From assembly GCA_964594865.1 (NCBI GenBank), contig CAZQMZ010000003.1, positions 11,369-75,368 on the forward strand: a stretch of 64,000 bases of DNA. Direction: 5' to 3'. This document shows positions 34,476 through 44,021 of the stretch, piece by piece. Origin of the DNA: an uncultured Lachnospiraceae bacterium. Lineage in GTDB: Bacteria; Bacillota; Clostridia; Christensenellales; UBA1242. The notes under the pieces were generated by a model that ran no database searches, was not told the origin of the DNA, and saw only the letters and a program-made list of their open reading frames with translations. Numbering within the stretch: position 1 is the stretch's first letter; each line of letters opens with the position of its first letter. A program made the position numbers and the translations under genes.

Positions 34476-35441
34476 TTAAATTCCAACGGCCAAAACCCCC
34501 GCCAAAACTGCAAGCGAAACTGCCATTGTTATAACTATATATACGATGACAATTCGATTTTCATGCACTCCTTTTTGCTCAAAATGATGATGAAGCGGTG
34601 CCATCAAAAACACTCGCTTTTTGGTGCGCTTATAATGCAAAACTTGAATGATGTCTGAAAGTGCTGAAAGCACAAACATCACTCCCATGATTGGAAGAAG
34701 AAGTTCCAAACCTGAAAGAACAGCCACGACTCCAATAAATCCCCCAAGCGCCAGCGAGCCAGTGTCACCCATGAATATCTTGGCAGGATAGCAATTGAAA
34801 AGCAAAAAGCCCAAAATGCCACCGCAAAGCCCAAAGCAAAGCATTGCCAAATTGCTCATTTCCATTTCACCAACAACCGCCAAAATTATACCAAAAACAA
34901 GAACATAAACAAAACTCACTCCACCTGCCAGCCCGTCCAAACCGTCGGTCAAATTGACACTGTTGGCAGTTGCCACAAGCACAAAAATAACAAGCGGAAT
35001 GACCGCCCAACCGATGTCAAATTTCCACGAAAAGAAAGATATGCTTGTCCTGTCCGACAAAAAAATATAGACAGCCACCACAACAGCAATGCCAACTTGT
35101 CCAATAATTTTTTGATATGGTCTGAGCCCTTCATTGTGATGATTGTGCACCTTCAAAAAGTCGTCCAAAAATCCAAGCAAAGCATAGCCCAATGTCACAG
35201 CAACTGCAAACCATGCAAGAAAAGAGTCTTCTGAAAATAAAAAGAAGGTTGAAAAAAGGAGCACTATCAAGAAAATAAGTCCGCCCATTGTTGGAGTTCC
35301 TTCCTTTGACGCATGCTTGTCCACATAATGCAAAATACTTTGCGACGCTTTAAGTCTTTTGCAAACTGCCAGCACAACAGGAGCGATTATTGTGGCAAAA
35401 ATTAAACACAAAAGTCCACAAATTATGAATTTAACTACCAT
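34476..35441 (-). CDS. mraY: phospho-N-acetylmuramoyl-pentapeptide transferase
   Basis: TPTMGG, NLTDGLDGLA, MGDTGSLALGG and PLHHHFE motifs. Confidence 0.96.
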   Translation of the reverse strand: MVVKFIICGLLCLIFATIIAPVVLAVCKRLKASQSILHYVDKHASKEGTPTMGGLIFLIVLLFSTFFLFSEDSFLAWFAVAVTLGYALLGFLDDFLKVHNHHNEGLRPYQKIIGQVGIAVVVAVYIFLSDRTSISFFSWKFDIGWAVIPLVIFVLVATANSVNLTDGLDGLAGGVSFVYVLVFGIILAVVGEMEMSNLAMLCFGLCGGILGFLLFNCYPAKIFMGDTGSLALGGFIGVVAVLSGLELLLPIMGVMFVLSALSDIIQVLHYKRTKKRVFLMAPLHHHFEQKGVHENRIVIVYIVITMAVSLAVLAGVLAVGI

Positions 35442-36886
35442 TCTTTCCCCCTATTTGCAATTGGGTTGGAATTTTCAAAACATTCATAAACCACATCAAA
35501 ATCGTTATATGGCTTTTTCACGCCCGCCACTTCTTGATATTTTTCCGCACCCTTTCCGGCAATGATAATCAAATCACCGCCATTCGCTTTTTCAATCATG
35601 TTTCTGATTGCCGTCCGTCTGTCAGGCTCAACAAAATGCTCTTTCTTCATCCCTTTTTCGATGTCAGCGATTATGTCAAGCGAATTTTCGAACCGCGGAT
35701 TATCATCGGTCAAACAGACAACATCGGCATATTTTTCCGCGACGGCTCCCATTTTGTGCCGTTTGTCGCGATCGCGATTTCCACCACAGCCAAACACAAG
35801 ATAAATTTTTTTGTCAGTCAAATTTCGAGCCGTTTTAAGCACATTCATAAGACTGTCCGGCGAATGCGCAAAATCGATGACAACATATTTTCCGTCAATT
35901 TTGCTGACATTAAATCTCCCTTCAACAGGATATATGAAATTCAGCCCGTCTTGCAATTGCTTGCCATTCAGTCCCAAAATATGACAGACCGAAAGCCCTG
36001 CAAGACAGTTTTCGATGTTATATTCTCCAATCAGGTTGGTCTTGACACTGACAACATTGTCACAAACATTGCCGTCGAATCGCGAACCTTCCAGCGAACA
36101 AAAGGTGTTTATGGCAAAGGTATCGCAAGGATTATGAAGACCATAAGTCGTCAACGGAACATCACAATTTCCAATCAATTTTCGTGCCGAATCATCATCT
36201 ACACAAATCACCGCGTGCTTCATGTTCGCTCTTGAAAAGAACTTCAATTTTGTTTGCTCATATGCTTCAAAGTTTTTGAAATAATCCAAATGATCCTGCG
36301 TGATGTTTGTCAAAACGCCAACTTCAAACATAATTCCATGCACCCGCTTTTGTTCGATTGCGTGCGCCGAAACTTCCATGACAACATATTCCACACCGGC
36401 CTCGCGCATTTCATAGAAAGTTTTGTGCAAGAAGTCAGCATCCGGAGTTGTCAGTGGACAGTCCAAAACATGCCCATTATAAAACACTCCATTTGTGCCA
36501 ATGATAGCACATTTTTTGCCGTTACGTTTCAACATCTCGGCGATGATATGCGCAGTGGTGGTCTTGCCATTTGTTCCCGTCACACCAACAATTTTCAAAT
36601 CATCACAGGCACGATGATAAAAATTTGCACATGCGGTGGCAAAAAGTTCTCTCGTATTGTCCACTTTAATCGAGTTTTCATACGGCAAATCAAAGTTGCA
36701 AACAACAAAAGATGCTCCATTTTCTTCGGCTTCCAAACATCTTTCTTCTGCCTTTTGCCGATCTTTTGTCAGGCAAAAATAAATCTCGTTTTCGTCGACG
36801 GTTTTGCTGTTGCGACTTATCTGTTTGATGTCAACATTTTGAAACCTTTCAGACAAATTGTTTCCAATAATTTCTTTAAGAAGCAT
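35435..36886 (-). CDS. murE: UDP-MurNAc-L-Ala-D-Glu--2,6-diaminopimelate ligase
   Basis: VTGTNGKTT P-loop; DNPR motif (LTDDNPRFE) indicative of meso-DAP-adding MurE. Confidence 0.92.
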   Translation of the reverse strand: MLLKEIIGNNLSERFQNVDIKQISRNSKTVDENEIYFCLTKDRQKAEERCLEAEENGASFVVCNFDLPYENSIKVDNTRELFATACANFYHRACDDLKIVGVTGTNGKTTTAHIIAEMLKRNGKKCAIIGTNGVFYNGHVLDCPLTTPDADFLHKTFYEMREAGVEYVVMEVSAHAIEQKRVHGIMFEVGVLTNITQDHLDYFKNFEAYEQTKLKFFSRANMKHAVICVDDDSARKLIGNCDVPLTTYGLHNPCDTFAINTFCSLEGSRFDGNVCDNVVSVKTNLIGEYNIENCLAGLSVCHILGLNGKQLQDGLNFIYPVEGRFNVSKIDGKYVVIDFAHSPDSLMNVLKTARNLTDKKIYLVFGCGGNRDRDKRHKMGAVAEKYADVVCLTDDNPRFENSLDIIADIEKGMKKEHFVEPDRRTAIRNMIEKANGGDLIIIAGKGAEKYQEVAGVKKPYNDFDVVYECFENSNPIANRGKEW

Positions 36887-36980
36887 AATCTCTCCTTTTT
36901 CATATTTTAATATAGAAATTATTCAATCTTGTTGCGAAGTCAAAAAAAGTTAAAATTAGACAAAATTTTCAACCTAAAAA

Positions 36981-38081
36981 TCATTTTTTCACTTTATCCA
37001 CAACTTCTTCAAAAATTGCCAATGCGTCACTTGGAAATGCTTTGACAAGTTGATTTTCTTTCTCCAAATTTGTTTTACACTGCTTTAAAACGGCACTTAA
37101 AATGTCCTTGAAAGACAACCCTTCAAACAAATAAAACCCCAAAGAGCCGGGAATGGTGTTGATTTCGTTGACATAGAGTTTTTCAAGTTTCTCATCATAA
37201 AGAAAATCCACACGCACAATGCCCTGACAATCAAACAAACGATAGACCTTTTCCGTCATATTTTCAATTCGACGCACCAATTTTTTCTCAACCGTTCTGC
37301 TTTTGGATTCAGTGGAGAGATATTTGTCATCAAAGGAATATATCTCCCCTTTGCCCGTCACTTCATTGACCTTTGAAAGAAAACAGTTTCCATCAAAAAA
37401 GAAACATGCACAATTATATTCGCGAAGATTTTCCACCATTTTTTCCACAATAATTTTGTTGTCGAACTCAAATGCCAACTCAACCGCTTTATCAAAATCG
37501 GCGACATTTTTACACACAGAAATTCCAATCGAACTTCCCAAATTCGCCGGCTTGACAATGAGCGGAAATTTGATTTTTTTGAGCACTTTGTTTTTCTCAA
37601 ACGTTCGATATAGTGTCACAAACAATGGTGTGTCAATGTCATTTGCCTTGCAAACATCCTTCATAACCGCCTTATCCATGCATAGCGCCGAAGAAAGCAC
37701 CAACGGCGAACTCTGCGCAACTCCGCACGTTTTAAACACTCCCTGCACCGCACCGTCTTCGCCGATATTACCATGGCAACAATTCAAGACTGCGGAAATT
37801 TTTGCATATTCCAAAAACTTCTTACCCTTTTTCATCATAAGAACATTTTCGCCAAGCACAAAAGTGACTTGACGAAGTTTTTTTCCATATTTTTGAAAAT
37901 TATGATAGATTTTTATGTCGTCTAAATTTTTTCCAATCCACCATCGACCATTGCGATCTATGTAACAAAAAATATAATCATATTCTTCCGGCAAATTTTT
38001 GCCCACTTGCAAAGCCGTTATTATGGAAATGTCATGTTCGACGCTTTTCCCACCAAACAACAAAAGAACGTTTTCTTTCAT
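36981..38081 (-). CDS. ddl: D-alanine--D-alanine ligase
   Basis: LLFGGKSVEHDISI N-terminus; ATP-grasp KPANLGSSIGIS; C-terminal EINTIPG. Confidence 0.93.
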   Translation of the reverse strand: MKENVLLLFGGKSVEHDISIITALQVGKNLPEEYDYIFCYIDRNGRWWIGKNLDDIKIYHNFQKYGKKLRQVTFVLGENVLMMKKGKKFLEYAKISAVLNCCHGNIGEDGAVQGVFKTCGVAQSSPLVLSSALCMDKAVMKDVCKANDIDTPLFVTLYRTFEKNKVLKKIKFPLIVKPANLGSSIGISVCKNVADFDKAVELAFEFDNKIIVEKMVENLREYNCACFFFDGNCFLSKVNEVTGKGEIYSFDDKYLSTESKSRTVEKKLVRRIENMTEKVYRLFDCQGIVRVDFLYDEKLEKLYVNEINTIPGSLGFYLFEGLSFKDILSAVLKQCKTNLEKENQLVKAFPSDALAIFEEVVDKVKK

Positions 38082-38132
38082 GTGAAATATATATGCCTTC
38101 TTTCAAAATCTTGACAATGAAATCACAAAAAT

Positions 38133-39365
38133 CTATTCACCAAAACAAACAGACAAAGGCTCTTTGCTTTTGAGTGAACGGTTTGTTATTCCGTTGACGT
38201 TATAGAAAAAAGTTTGTCCAACACGCAAAAATTTTTCAGAACCTGAAATGACAAGAATTTTTTTGTAATATTCTCCATTGAAAACCCCCAGCTCCCGCAA
38301 CTCAATTTGTTTGAAGTTGACAAATGAAAGTTTGTTTGAGCCTTTCATGAAAAGACGTTTCAGTGTGAGATATTTTTCTTCCAATTTTTCGTCAATCTCT
38401 CCATTAAGCCAATTTATCCAAATCTTTTGTGGAAGAGAACGATTAAAGAAAAAGTCAAATTTTGGATTTTTGGTTTTGACTTGTAGATTGAAAATTTCGC
38501 AACATTTGACACGTGCAATTTCCTTAAATTTCACGATGTCATGAAATCCTTTGAACGAAAAACTCTTTTCTCCAAAATTGAAAAAGACAAAACTTTCTTC
38601 TCGACCAGCAAGAGTGAGTTTAACTTTGACATTAATGCAAGAGAAAATGGAATTTTCCAAACCGTCCACTTCCGAAAAAGAAAATTTTGCATTTCGACAG
38701 ATGAAATTTAAATATGACTTTTCTCTCGTCAACAAATTTTCCACCAAAATGCTTTTTGCAAGTCTTTTGAAAAAATAATATCCTTTTTGAAGAGGAAGGT
38801 TGAATTCAACGACAACACTTTTGGTGTCTTTGCTCGAATTTTGTATTTTCAAAAAATGGTTGTTTCCATTGAGCACAAATTCTGTATAATCCACGAAAAA
38901 GTCATCAACAACAAGTGTTTGATGCAAGGAAAAATCTTCAAAATTTGGATTTAAAATTTGATTGTTGACCTTGAAAAACTTGTCCTTGAAAAGCAAGTTA
39001 TAGTTTGAAGAAGATTGATAGTTTATGTTGAGTTTGTTGATCATCTCTAAGAACGCTTTTGAACTTGTATGTTTGCTGAAAATAACAACATTATTCAATC
39101 TCGACAACCTTTTTTCTTTACTTCGGTCGAAACTGTCAGTGGAAATCAACAAATTGAATTTTTCTTCTTTTTCGGCAAGTTCGAATGCTTTGAGAAGAGG
39201 TTTTGTCAGTTGTTTTTCAAATTTAAATATCGGTTTTTCAACATCCACACCGTGTTCAAAAAGGATACGCCGATCCAATTTGTCGTCATACACAATTGGT
39301 GCATGAAATCTCACACGGTTCAAAATAGATTTTTTTGCTCTTTCGATATATTCCTTCTTTGTCAT
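38133..39365 (-). CDS. hypothetical protein, Lys/Phe/Asn-rich, no recognised domain
   Basis: long ORF codirectional with ddl; start uncertain, MTKKEY chosen because the upstream extension overlaps an intergenic repeat; no SD at either candidate start. Confidence 0.45.
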   Translation of the reverse strand: MTKKEYIERAKKSILNRVRFHAPIVYDDKLDRRILFEHGVDVEKPIFKFEKQLTKPLLKAFELAEKEEKFNLLISTDSFDRSKEKRLSRLNNVVIFSKHTSSKAFLEMINKLNINYQSSSNYNLLFKDKFFKVNNQILNPNFEDFSLHQTLVVDDFFVDYTEFVLNGNNHFLKIQNSSKDTKSVVVEFNLPLQKGYYFFKRLAKSILVENLLTREKSYLNFICRNAKFSFSEVDGLENSIFSCINVKVKLTLAGREESFVFFNFGEKSFSFKGFHDIVKFKEIARVKCCEIFNLQVKTKNPKFDFFFNRSLPQKIWINWLNGEIDEKLEEKYLTLKRLFMKGSNKLSFVNFKQIELRELGVFNGEYYKKILVISGSEKFLRVGQTFFYNVNGITNRSLKSKEPLSVCFGE

Positions 39366-39411
39366 GGATTGATTATTGCCAATCTGTGTGAATTTTAGAC
39401 ATTGCAAATCT

Positions 39412-39490
39412 TGCATACATGATGTGTAAATCTTACACTACATAATGTGTGGTATGCAACATAATACGCTATATTTTGTGGTGGTATGCA
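39412..39490. repeat. palindromic element, locus E (4-5 half-sites)
   Basis: TGCATACATGATGTG; CATAATGTGTGGTATGCA; ACATAATACGCTATATTTTGTGGTGGTATGCA; lies between the rnpB terminator and the next gene. Confidence 0.8.
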
Positions 39491-39492
39491 AT

Positions 39493-39518
39493 AAAAAAAA
39501 CACTGCCAAAGCAGTGCC
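39493..39518 (-). terminator. rho-independent terminator of rnpB
   Basis: CACTGC-tttg-GCAGTG plus U8 on the minus strand. Confidence 0.75.
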
Positions 39519-39521
39519 TTT

Positions 39522-39879
39522 GTGTCAGTTGAACTGTAAGCCGAGTTCTGTTTTTGATGGTCATCTATCCAGACTTATTGTCGCCAACAAGTTCAAGCGG
39601 TGTTTTTGTTGAGCGTGAAAGAACGCACATTTGCTCAAACTTAACCTTGCATCGGGTGGGGTTTACAGAGCAATGATTGTTGCCAATCATCCGGTGAGCT
39701 CTTACCTCACCTTTCCACCATCACCATACCACATTGCTGTGATATGGAAGTCTATTTCTGTTGCACTATCCTTGAAGTCGCCTCCACCAGCCGTTAACTG
39801 GCACCCTGTTCTTTTGATGCTCGGACTTTCCTCTCTGTGCTCTTTGTGAACACACAGCGACCATCTGTTCAACTGACAA
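39522..39879 (-). ncRNA. rnpB: RNase P RNA (M1-type ribozyme)
   Basis: minus-strand reading gives the P4 5' strand GAGGAAAGTCCGAGC (plus 39822-39831 core) and the P4 3' strand ACAGAACTCGGCTTACAG. P1 pairs GTCAGTTGAAC (39867-39877) with GTTCAACTGAC (39524-39534). Own promoter and terminator. Confidence 0.9.
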
Positions 39880-39883
39880 TATT

Positions 39884-39912
39884 ATTGTATCACATTCATC
39901 AAAAAAAATCAA
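39884..39912 (-). promoter_or_regulatory. sigma-A-type promoter of rnpB
   Basis: TTGATT (39907-39912), 17 nt, TACAAT (39884-39889); predicted +1 coincides with the first base of the P1 stem. Confidence 0.6.
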
Positions 39913-39926
39913 GTCTTTTCAAAAAA

Positions 39927-41285
39927 TCATCCAACGTTGAAAATTTGTTTAACTTTTCCTTGTTTGTCAACACTGAACCCTTGCATAATTCCATCTTGCG
40001 AAACTTTGATTGCCACACCATATTTTGCCATTGTTGTGGTTGCTGCAAGTCGCCCGCCACCAAGACTGCCAGCTTCAATTTTGATGATTGCACCAACAGC
40101 AATGATTGTGCCGTCATAGTCAATGATCGTTGCACCATCCACAGATGTCATTTCTTCGATAAGTTTTCTGTCAAGCTCAAATAACTTTTTTCCGCCAACA
40201 ATTTTTCTTATTGCCGTGGTCTTGACTGACTTTGTTTTGTTTAAAAAGTCTTCATACGACAAACTAAATTTTTCAATGATGTTCTTTGCATTGCCGATGT
40301 TATAAAGTTTTTCCGCTTCTTCAAGTTCCAACTGCTTTTTCATATTGAAATGTTCTTCGGAAATGATGTCAGACGCATCGATGTGATTGAGAGCTTCCAA
40401 AGTCTTATCTTTGTTGATATAGGCAATGCACGCGCCATTATATGAAAATGAACAATCCAAAGCAGTGTTGTATATTGCGCGCCTGATCTGCTTTGCACCA
40501 AAAGAAACATTGCTTTGCAAAAGCCTGATGATTTCGTCATGAGAATAGACGCACCAACGCCCATTTCGTTTTGCAAAAAGAAGTTGGTGGGCAGCAAAAA
40601 TCAAAATGTCCGCCTCTTCTGTCAAAACAATTCCAATTCTTCTTTCACTGCAAACCCTTGCCAATCTATCAAAAATGTTTGGCGAAATTGTTGGAACAGT
40701 TTTTGTTCGCTTTAAGTTGAGATAGCCAAGAAGATTCCCGTGTTTGTCAAACTCCAAAAATGAAGAAATACCATCTGTGAAGAGAGCAAAGAAATCGTGT
40801 GACATAATTTGTTGATAGTTCACTTTTGTTGAACTTTCGCTCGTCAATGCCAAATTGACCAAAATTCCAAGTTTGACTTTGGAACCTTCATAACTTCTTG
40901 CTGCCCAACTTTCAAGATAGCTGATTATACCCAAAATTGTGTCCGCCCCGCTTTCCGTGATGCTTTCTATAAGCGCTCTTTCAATCGCCAAATTGTATAG
41001 ATGAATCAAATACATCTTGTCGGTGATGTGCATCAAAGCGATGTCATTGATTTCACGAATAATCGAACGAATGAGTTCCACCTCAAAAGTTTTGAACGCC
41101 TGTCCACGTTTTAAGATAAGACGATAGTCATCCGATTTTGAAGGTTTCAACAAAATGGTGTTGCCCTTTCCAAGCGCAACTTCCATATCCCTTGAAGAAG
41201 ATTCTGTCTCTCCAACAAGATTTGAACCGGTGAACAAAGGGACAATAAGTTTGCCAACAATATCATAGAATTCAAGTTTTTCCAC
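39927..41285 (-). CDS. DisA_N (diadenylate-cyclase fold)-like protein with a divergent active site and an unknown N-terminal region
   Basis: C-terminus VDGATIIDYDGTIIAVGAII...GGGRLAATTTMAKYGVAIKVSQDG aligns by eye with the CdaA DAC core HDGAVI..GTRHRAA..IIVSEETG. A second weaker DAC-like half lies at about aa 170-260. GTG start with AGGAGG SD. Confidence 0.55.
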   Translation of the reverse strand: MEKLEFYDIVGKLIVPLFTGSNLVGETESSSRDMEVALGKGNTILLKPSKSDDYRLILKRGQAFKTFEVELIRSIIREINDIALMHITDKMYLIHLYNLAIERALIESITESGADTILGIISYLESWAARSYEGSKVKLGILVNLALTSESSTKVNYQQIMSHDFFALFTDGISSFLEFDKHGNLLGYLNLKRTKTVPTISPNIFDRLARVCSERRIGIVLTEEADILIFAAHQLLFAKRNGRWCVYSHDEIIRLLQSNVSFGAKQIRRAIYNTALDCSFSYNGACIAYINKDKTLEALNHIDASDIISEEHFNMKKQLELEEAEKLYNIGNAKNIIEKFSLSYEDFLNKTKSVKTTAIRKIVGGKKLFELDRKLIEEMTSVDGATIIDYDGTIIAVGAIIKIEAGSLGGGRLAATTTMAKYGVAIKVSQDGIMQGFSVDKQGKVKQIFNVG

Positions 41286-41455
41286 TGCCCACCTCCTGTT
41301 GTTAATAAACTAATTAGAAAGAAAAATGACACAAAACCTATTTAACTTAATTTTAAAAGATAAAATAAATTTCTGTCAAGCGATTTGGCTTATTTTTTTT
41401 GAACAAGACATAAAATTTTAATCTTTCGTTTTTCACACTGTTTGTCTTTTTCACA

Positions 41456-42151
41456 TTAATTGTCAACGTTTTTAAATTCATCTCTAATGATTTGCAAAGT
41501 TTTGTTTTCAATTCGAGAAATATATGACCGTGATATGCCAAGTTGCTCCGAAACTTCTTTTTGCGTCAGTGCCCTTTGACAACCAATGCCATAGCGAAGT
41601 TTGACAACTTTTTGTTCGCGTTCAGAAAGTTTTTCGTCGATTATTTTGTTTATTTTCTGCATAGTTAAATTGTTTTCCACTTGCAAAAAAATTTCTTCAT
41701 CGTCCGAAGCAAGCAAATCTTTGATTTCCAAATCTTTGTCATCGTCGTTGTTGGAAGTCAAGCTGTTTATGGAAACAACATTTTTATGCTTTTTGTTTGA
41801 ACGAATAAGCATCAAAATTTCGTTGTTTATGCATCGAGCCGCATAGGTTGAAAGTTGCACTTTTTTGCCATAGTCAAAAGTGTCGATCGCCTTGATTAAA
41901 CCAATTGTCCCCACAGACAAAAGGTCATCGGCCTCCAACGAATTGGTATATTTTTTGACAATGTGTGCAACAAGCCGAAGATTGTGAGTGATGAGTTTTT
42001 CTCGAGCTTTTTTGTCGCCATTTTTCATTTTTTCAAATTCTGCTTTTTCTTCTTCAAGCGTCAAAGGTTTTGGAAATCCTTGCGCTGTGTTGACATAGTT
42101 TGTAAACAGACAAATACGACTAAAAAAATAGGCAAAACTTTCAAAAATCAT
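41456..42151 (-). CDS. sigK: RNA polymerase sporulation sigma factor, pro-sigma-K-like
   Basis: YVNTAQGFPKPLTLEEE, HNLRLVAHIVKKY and YAARCINNEILM closely track B. subtilis SigK; hydrophobic pro-sequence MIFESFAYFFSRICLF; start moved to the second Met (AGGAGA SD); uninterrupted. Confidence 0.8.
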   Translation of the reverse strand: MIFESFAYFFSRICLFTNYVNTAQGFPKPLTLEEEKAEFEKMKNGDKKAREKLITHNLRLVAHIVKKYTNSLEADDLLSVGTIGLIKAIDTFDYGKKVQLSTYAARCINNEILMLIRSNKKHKNVVSINSLTSNNDDDKDLEIKDLLASDDEEIFLQVENNLTMQKINKIIDEKLSEREQKVVKLRYGIGCQRALTQKEVSEQLGISRSYISRIENKTLQIIRDEFKNVDN

Positions 42152-42262
42152 AAAATCTCCTACAATGAGATATATGTTGATTTTTGTCAATTTTTGCCTA
42201 AATGTTTAAAAATAAGACAACTTTCTTGGATGCAATTTGCACTGAGCAAATGTTTGTAGTGA

Positions 42263-43051
42263 TTATGTATAGAGATGTCTTACAAGAAAATTTAGCATCT
42301 TTGTTGGAATGATTCGAACCAAAAACGAAATAAATTTGCCCGTTCCGCCAATCGCCACTCTAAGCGGTGGATGTTTCTTTCGAACAATTTTCATCACGCA
42401 TTTTGCAACATATTCCGGTGTTTGACCTTTGCGTTCTGCCTTTTCCATTTTCTCTATTCCGCGAGTTTCTGCTTTGTTATCTTCTGTTCCTGTCTGCTTA
42501 ACTCTGGCATCCGTGAAATTGGTGTTTGTATCTCCCGGCATGAAAGTTGTGACAGAAATATCTCTCGACTTGACTTCGTTTGCAATCGCACGTGAAAAAT
42601 TTTCAATCCCCGCTTTGCAAGCGCTGTAACAAGCTTGATATGGCAAAGGAATGATTGAAGCAAGCGAACCCGTGAAGATAATTTTTCCTCCCTTGTTTAT
42701 GTGCGGAAGAAAAAGGTTTGTCATTTTTATGTGTGCAACAAAATCAACATTCAAAATTTTGTCAATGACATCCACTGTGGCATTTTCAAAAAGACCGCCA
42801 ACTCCAAAGCCTGCGTTGCAAAACAAAAAGTCAATTTTCCCTTCCATTTCCAAAATTTCATTGACCGCTTTTTTGAGTTGTGCATCGCTTGAAATGTCGC
42901 ACTTGAAACATTTTTGAAAAACATATTTGGTGTTTCCACTTTTTGAAATGTCATAAATTTTGACATTTTGTTCTTTAAGCTTTTTGGCAATTGCCAACCC
43001 AATTCCACTGCTTCCGCCAGAAATTACTGCAACTTTTCCTTCCAATTTCAT
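42263..43051 (-). CDS. SDR-family oxidoreductase
   Basis: GGSSGIG cofactor motif, NAG, catalytic YSACKAG. Confidence 0.85.
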   Translation of the reverse strand: MKLEGKVAVISGGSSGIGLAIAKKLKEQNVKIYDISKSGNTKYVFQKCFKCDISSDAQLKKAVNEILEMEGKIDFLFCNAGFGVGGLFENATVDVIDKILNVDFVAHIKMTNLFLPHINKGGKIIFTGSLASIIPLPYQACYSACKAGIENFSRAIANEVKSRDISVTTFMPGDTNTNFTDARVKQTGTEDNKAETRGIEKMEKAERKGQTPEYVAKCVMKIVRKKHPPLRVAIGGTGKFISFLVRIIPTKMLNFLVRHLYT

Positions 43052-43066
43052 CTCTTTTCCTCCTTT

Positions 43067-43111
43067 TATACCACAAAATATGGTGTATTATGAATGCATA
43101 ATACACCATAT
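43067..43111. repeat. palindromic element, locus F (cleanest hairpin)
   Basis: ATATGGTGTATTATG-AA-TGCATAATACACCATAT, 14-15 bp perfect stem; 3 nt after the ftsY stop and 16 nt before the SDR SD. Confidence 0.88.
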
Positions 43112-43113
43112 CA

Positions 43114-44010
43114 TCAAAATAATTCCTCAACAAAATCTTTTGGATCGAATTTATCCAAATCTTCTTGTTTTTCACCTGTGCCCACAAACACAACGGGAAG
43201 TTTATATTCCTTCTCAATTGCAATGATGACTCCACCCTTTGCTGTTCCATCAAGTTTTGTCAGCACAATGCCGTCAATGTGCGCAAATTCATCAAACACA
43301 CTGATCTGCGAAAGTGCGTTTTGACCAGTTGTTGCATCCAAAACAATAAAATTATATTTATGTGCAGATGGATATTCCTTGTCAATAATTTTTTCAATTT
43401 TTCTCAGTTCTGCCATAAGGTTAGTCTTTGTGTGAAGTCGTCCTGCCGTATCAACAAGCAAGACATCTGTTCCGTTTGCCTTTGCGCTGGCAATGCCGTC
43501 AAAAACAACCGCTCCGGCATCTGCGCCCTCTGCGTGCTTGATGATTCTTGTCTTGGTTCGCTCAGCCCATTCGGCAAGTTGAGAAGATGCTGCCGCACGA
43601 AAAGTGTCACCTGCAACCAAAGTCACAGATTTTTTCTGTGATTTGAAATAGTTTGCAAGTTTTCCGATCGTCGTCGTTTTGCCAACACCATTGACGCCAA
43701 TGATTGTTATGATTGCAGGATATTCAATTTCAATTTTCGGCGCGGTCAGAAAGTAGCTTTGAAGAATTTCTTTCAACACAGTCTTGACATCTTCGCCTTT
43801 GCGAACTTTTCTTTTATGACATTCTTGACGTAAGTCTTCAACAATTTCCATTGATGCCTTGACACCAATATCGCAAGAAATCAATATGTCGGTCAATTCA
43901 TCAAACAAATTATCATCAACTTCGCCGTGACTCAAAAGAGCATCAATCTTTCGATTGAAAGCATCTTTGGTCTTTTTCAACGCGTTTCCAATTTTTTTAA
44001 AAAGCCCCAT
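43114..44010 (-). CDS. ftsY: signal recognition particle receptor FtsY (short form, no A domain)
   Basis: GVNGVGKTTT, DTAGR, TKLDGTAKGG. Confidence 0.95.
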   Translation of the reverse strand: MGLFKKIGNALKKTKDAFNRKIDALLSHGEVDDNLFDELTDILISCDIGVKASMEIVEDLRQECHKRKVRKGEDVKTVLKEILQSYFLTAPKIEIEYPAIITIIGVNGVGKTTTIGKLANYFKSQKKSVTLVAGDTFRAAASSQLAEWAERTKTRIIKHAEGADAGAVVFDGIASAKANGTDVLLVDTAGRLHTKTNLMAELRKIEKIIDKEYPSAHKYNFIVLDATTGQNALSQISVFDEFAHIDGIVLTKLDGTAKGGVIIAIEKEYKLPVVFVGTGEKQEDLDKFDPKDFVEELF

Positions 44011-44021
44011 TCTTGCTCCTT

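Noticed and set aside
39631-40184. Plus-strand ORFs 39631-39849 (72 aa) and 39837-40184 (115 aa)
   Set aside because: They overlap the RNase P RNA gene and the 3' end of the DAC-like gene on the opposite strand. They have no SD and odd composition, so they are shadow ORFs.
42162-42190. sigma-E/sigma-K-type promoter for sigK (CATATATC at 42169-42176; TTGACA at 42185-42190)
   Set aside because: The match to the mother-cell -10 consensus (CATAcanT / CATA...TA) is partial and the spacing to any -35 is ambiguous. This is not strong enough to annotate.
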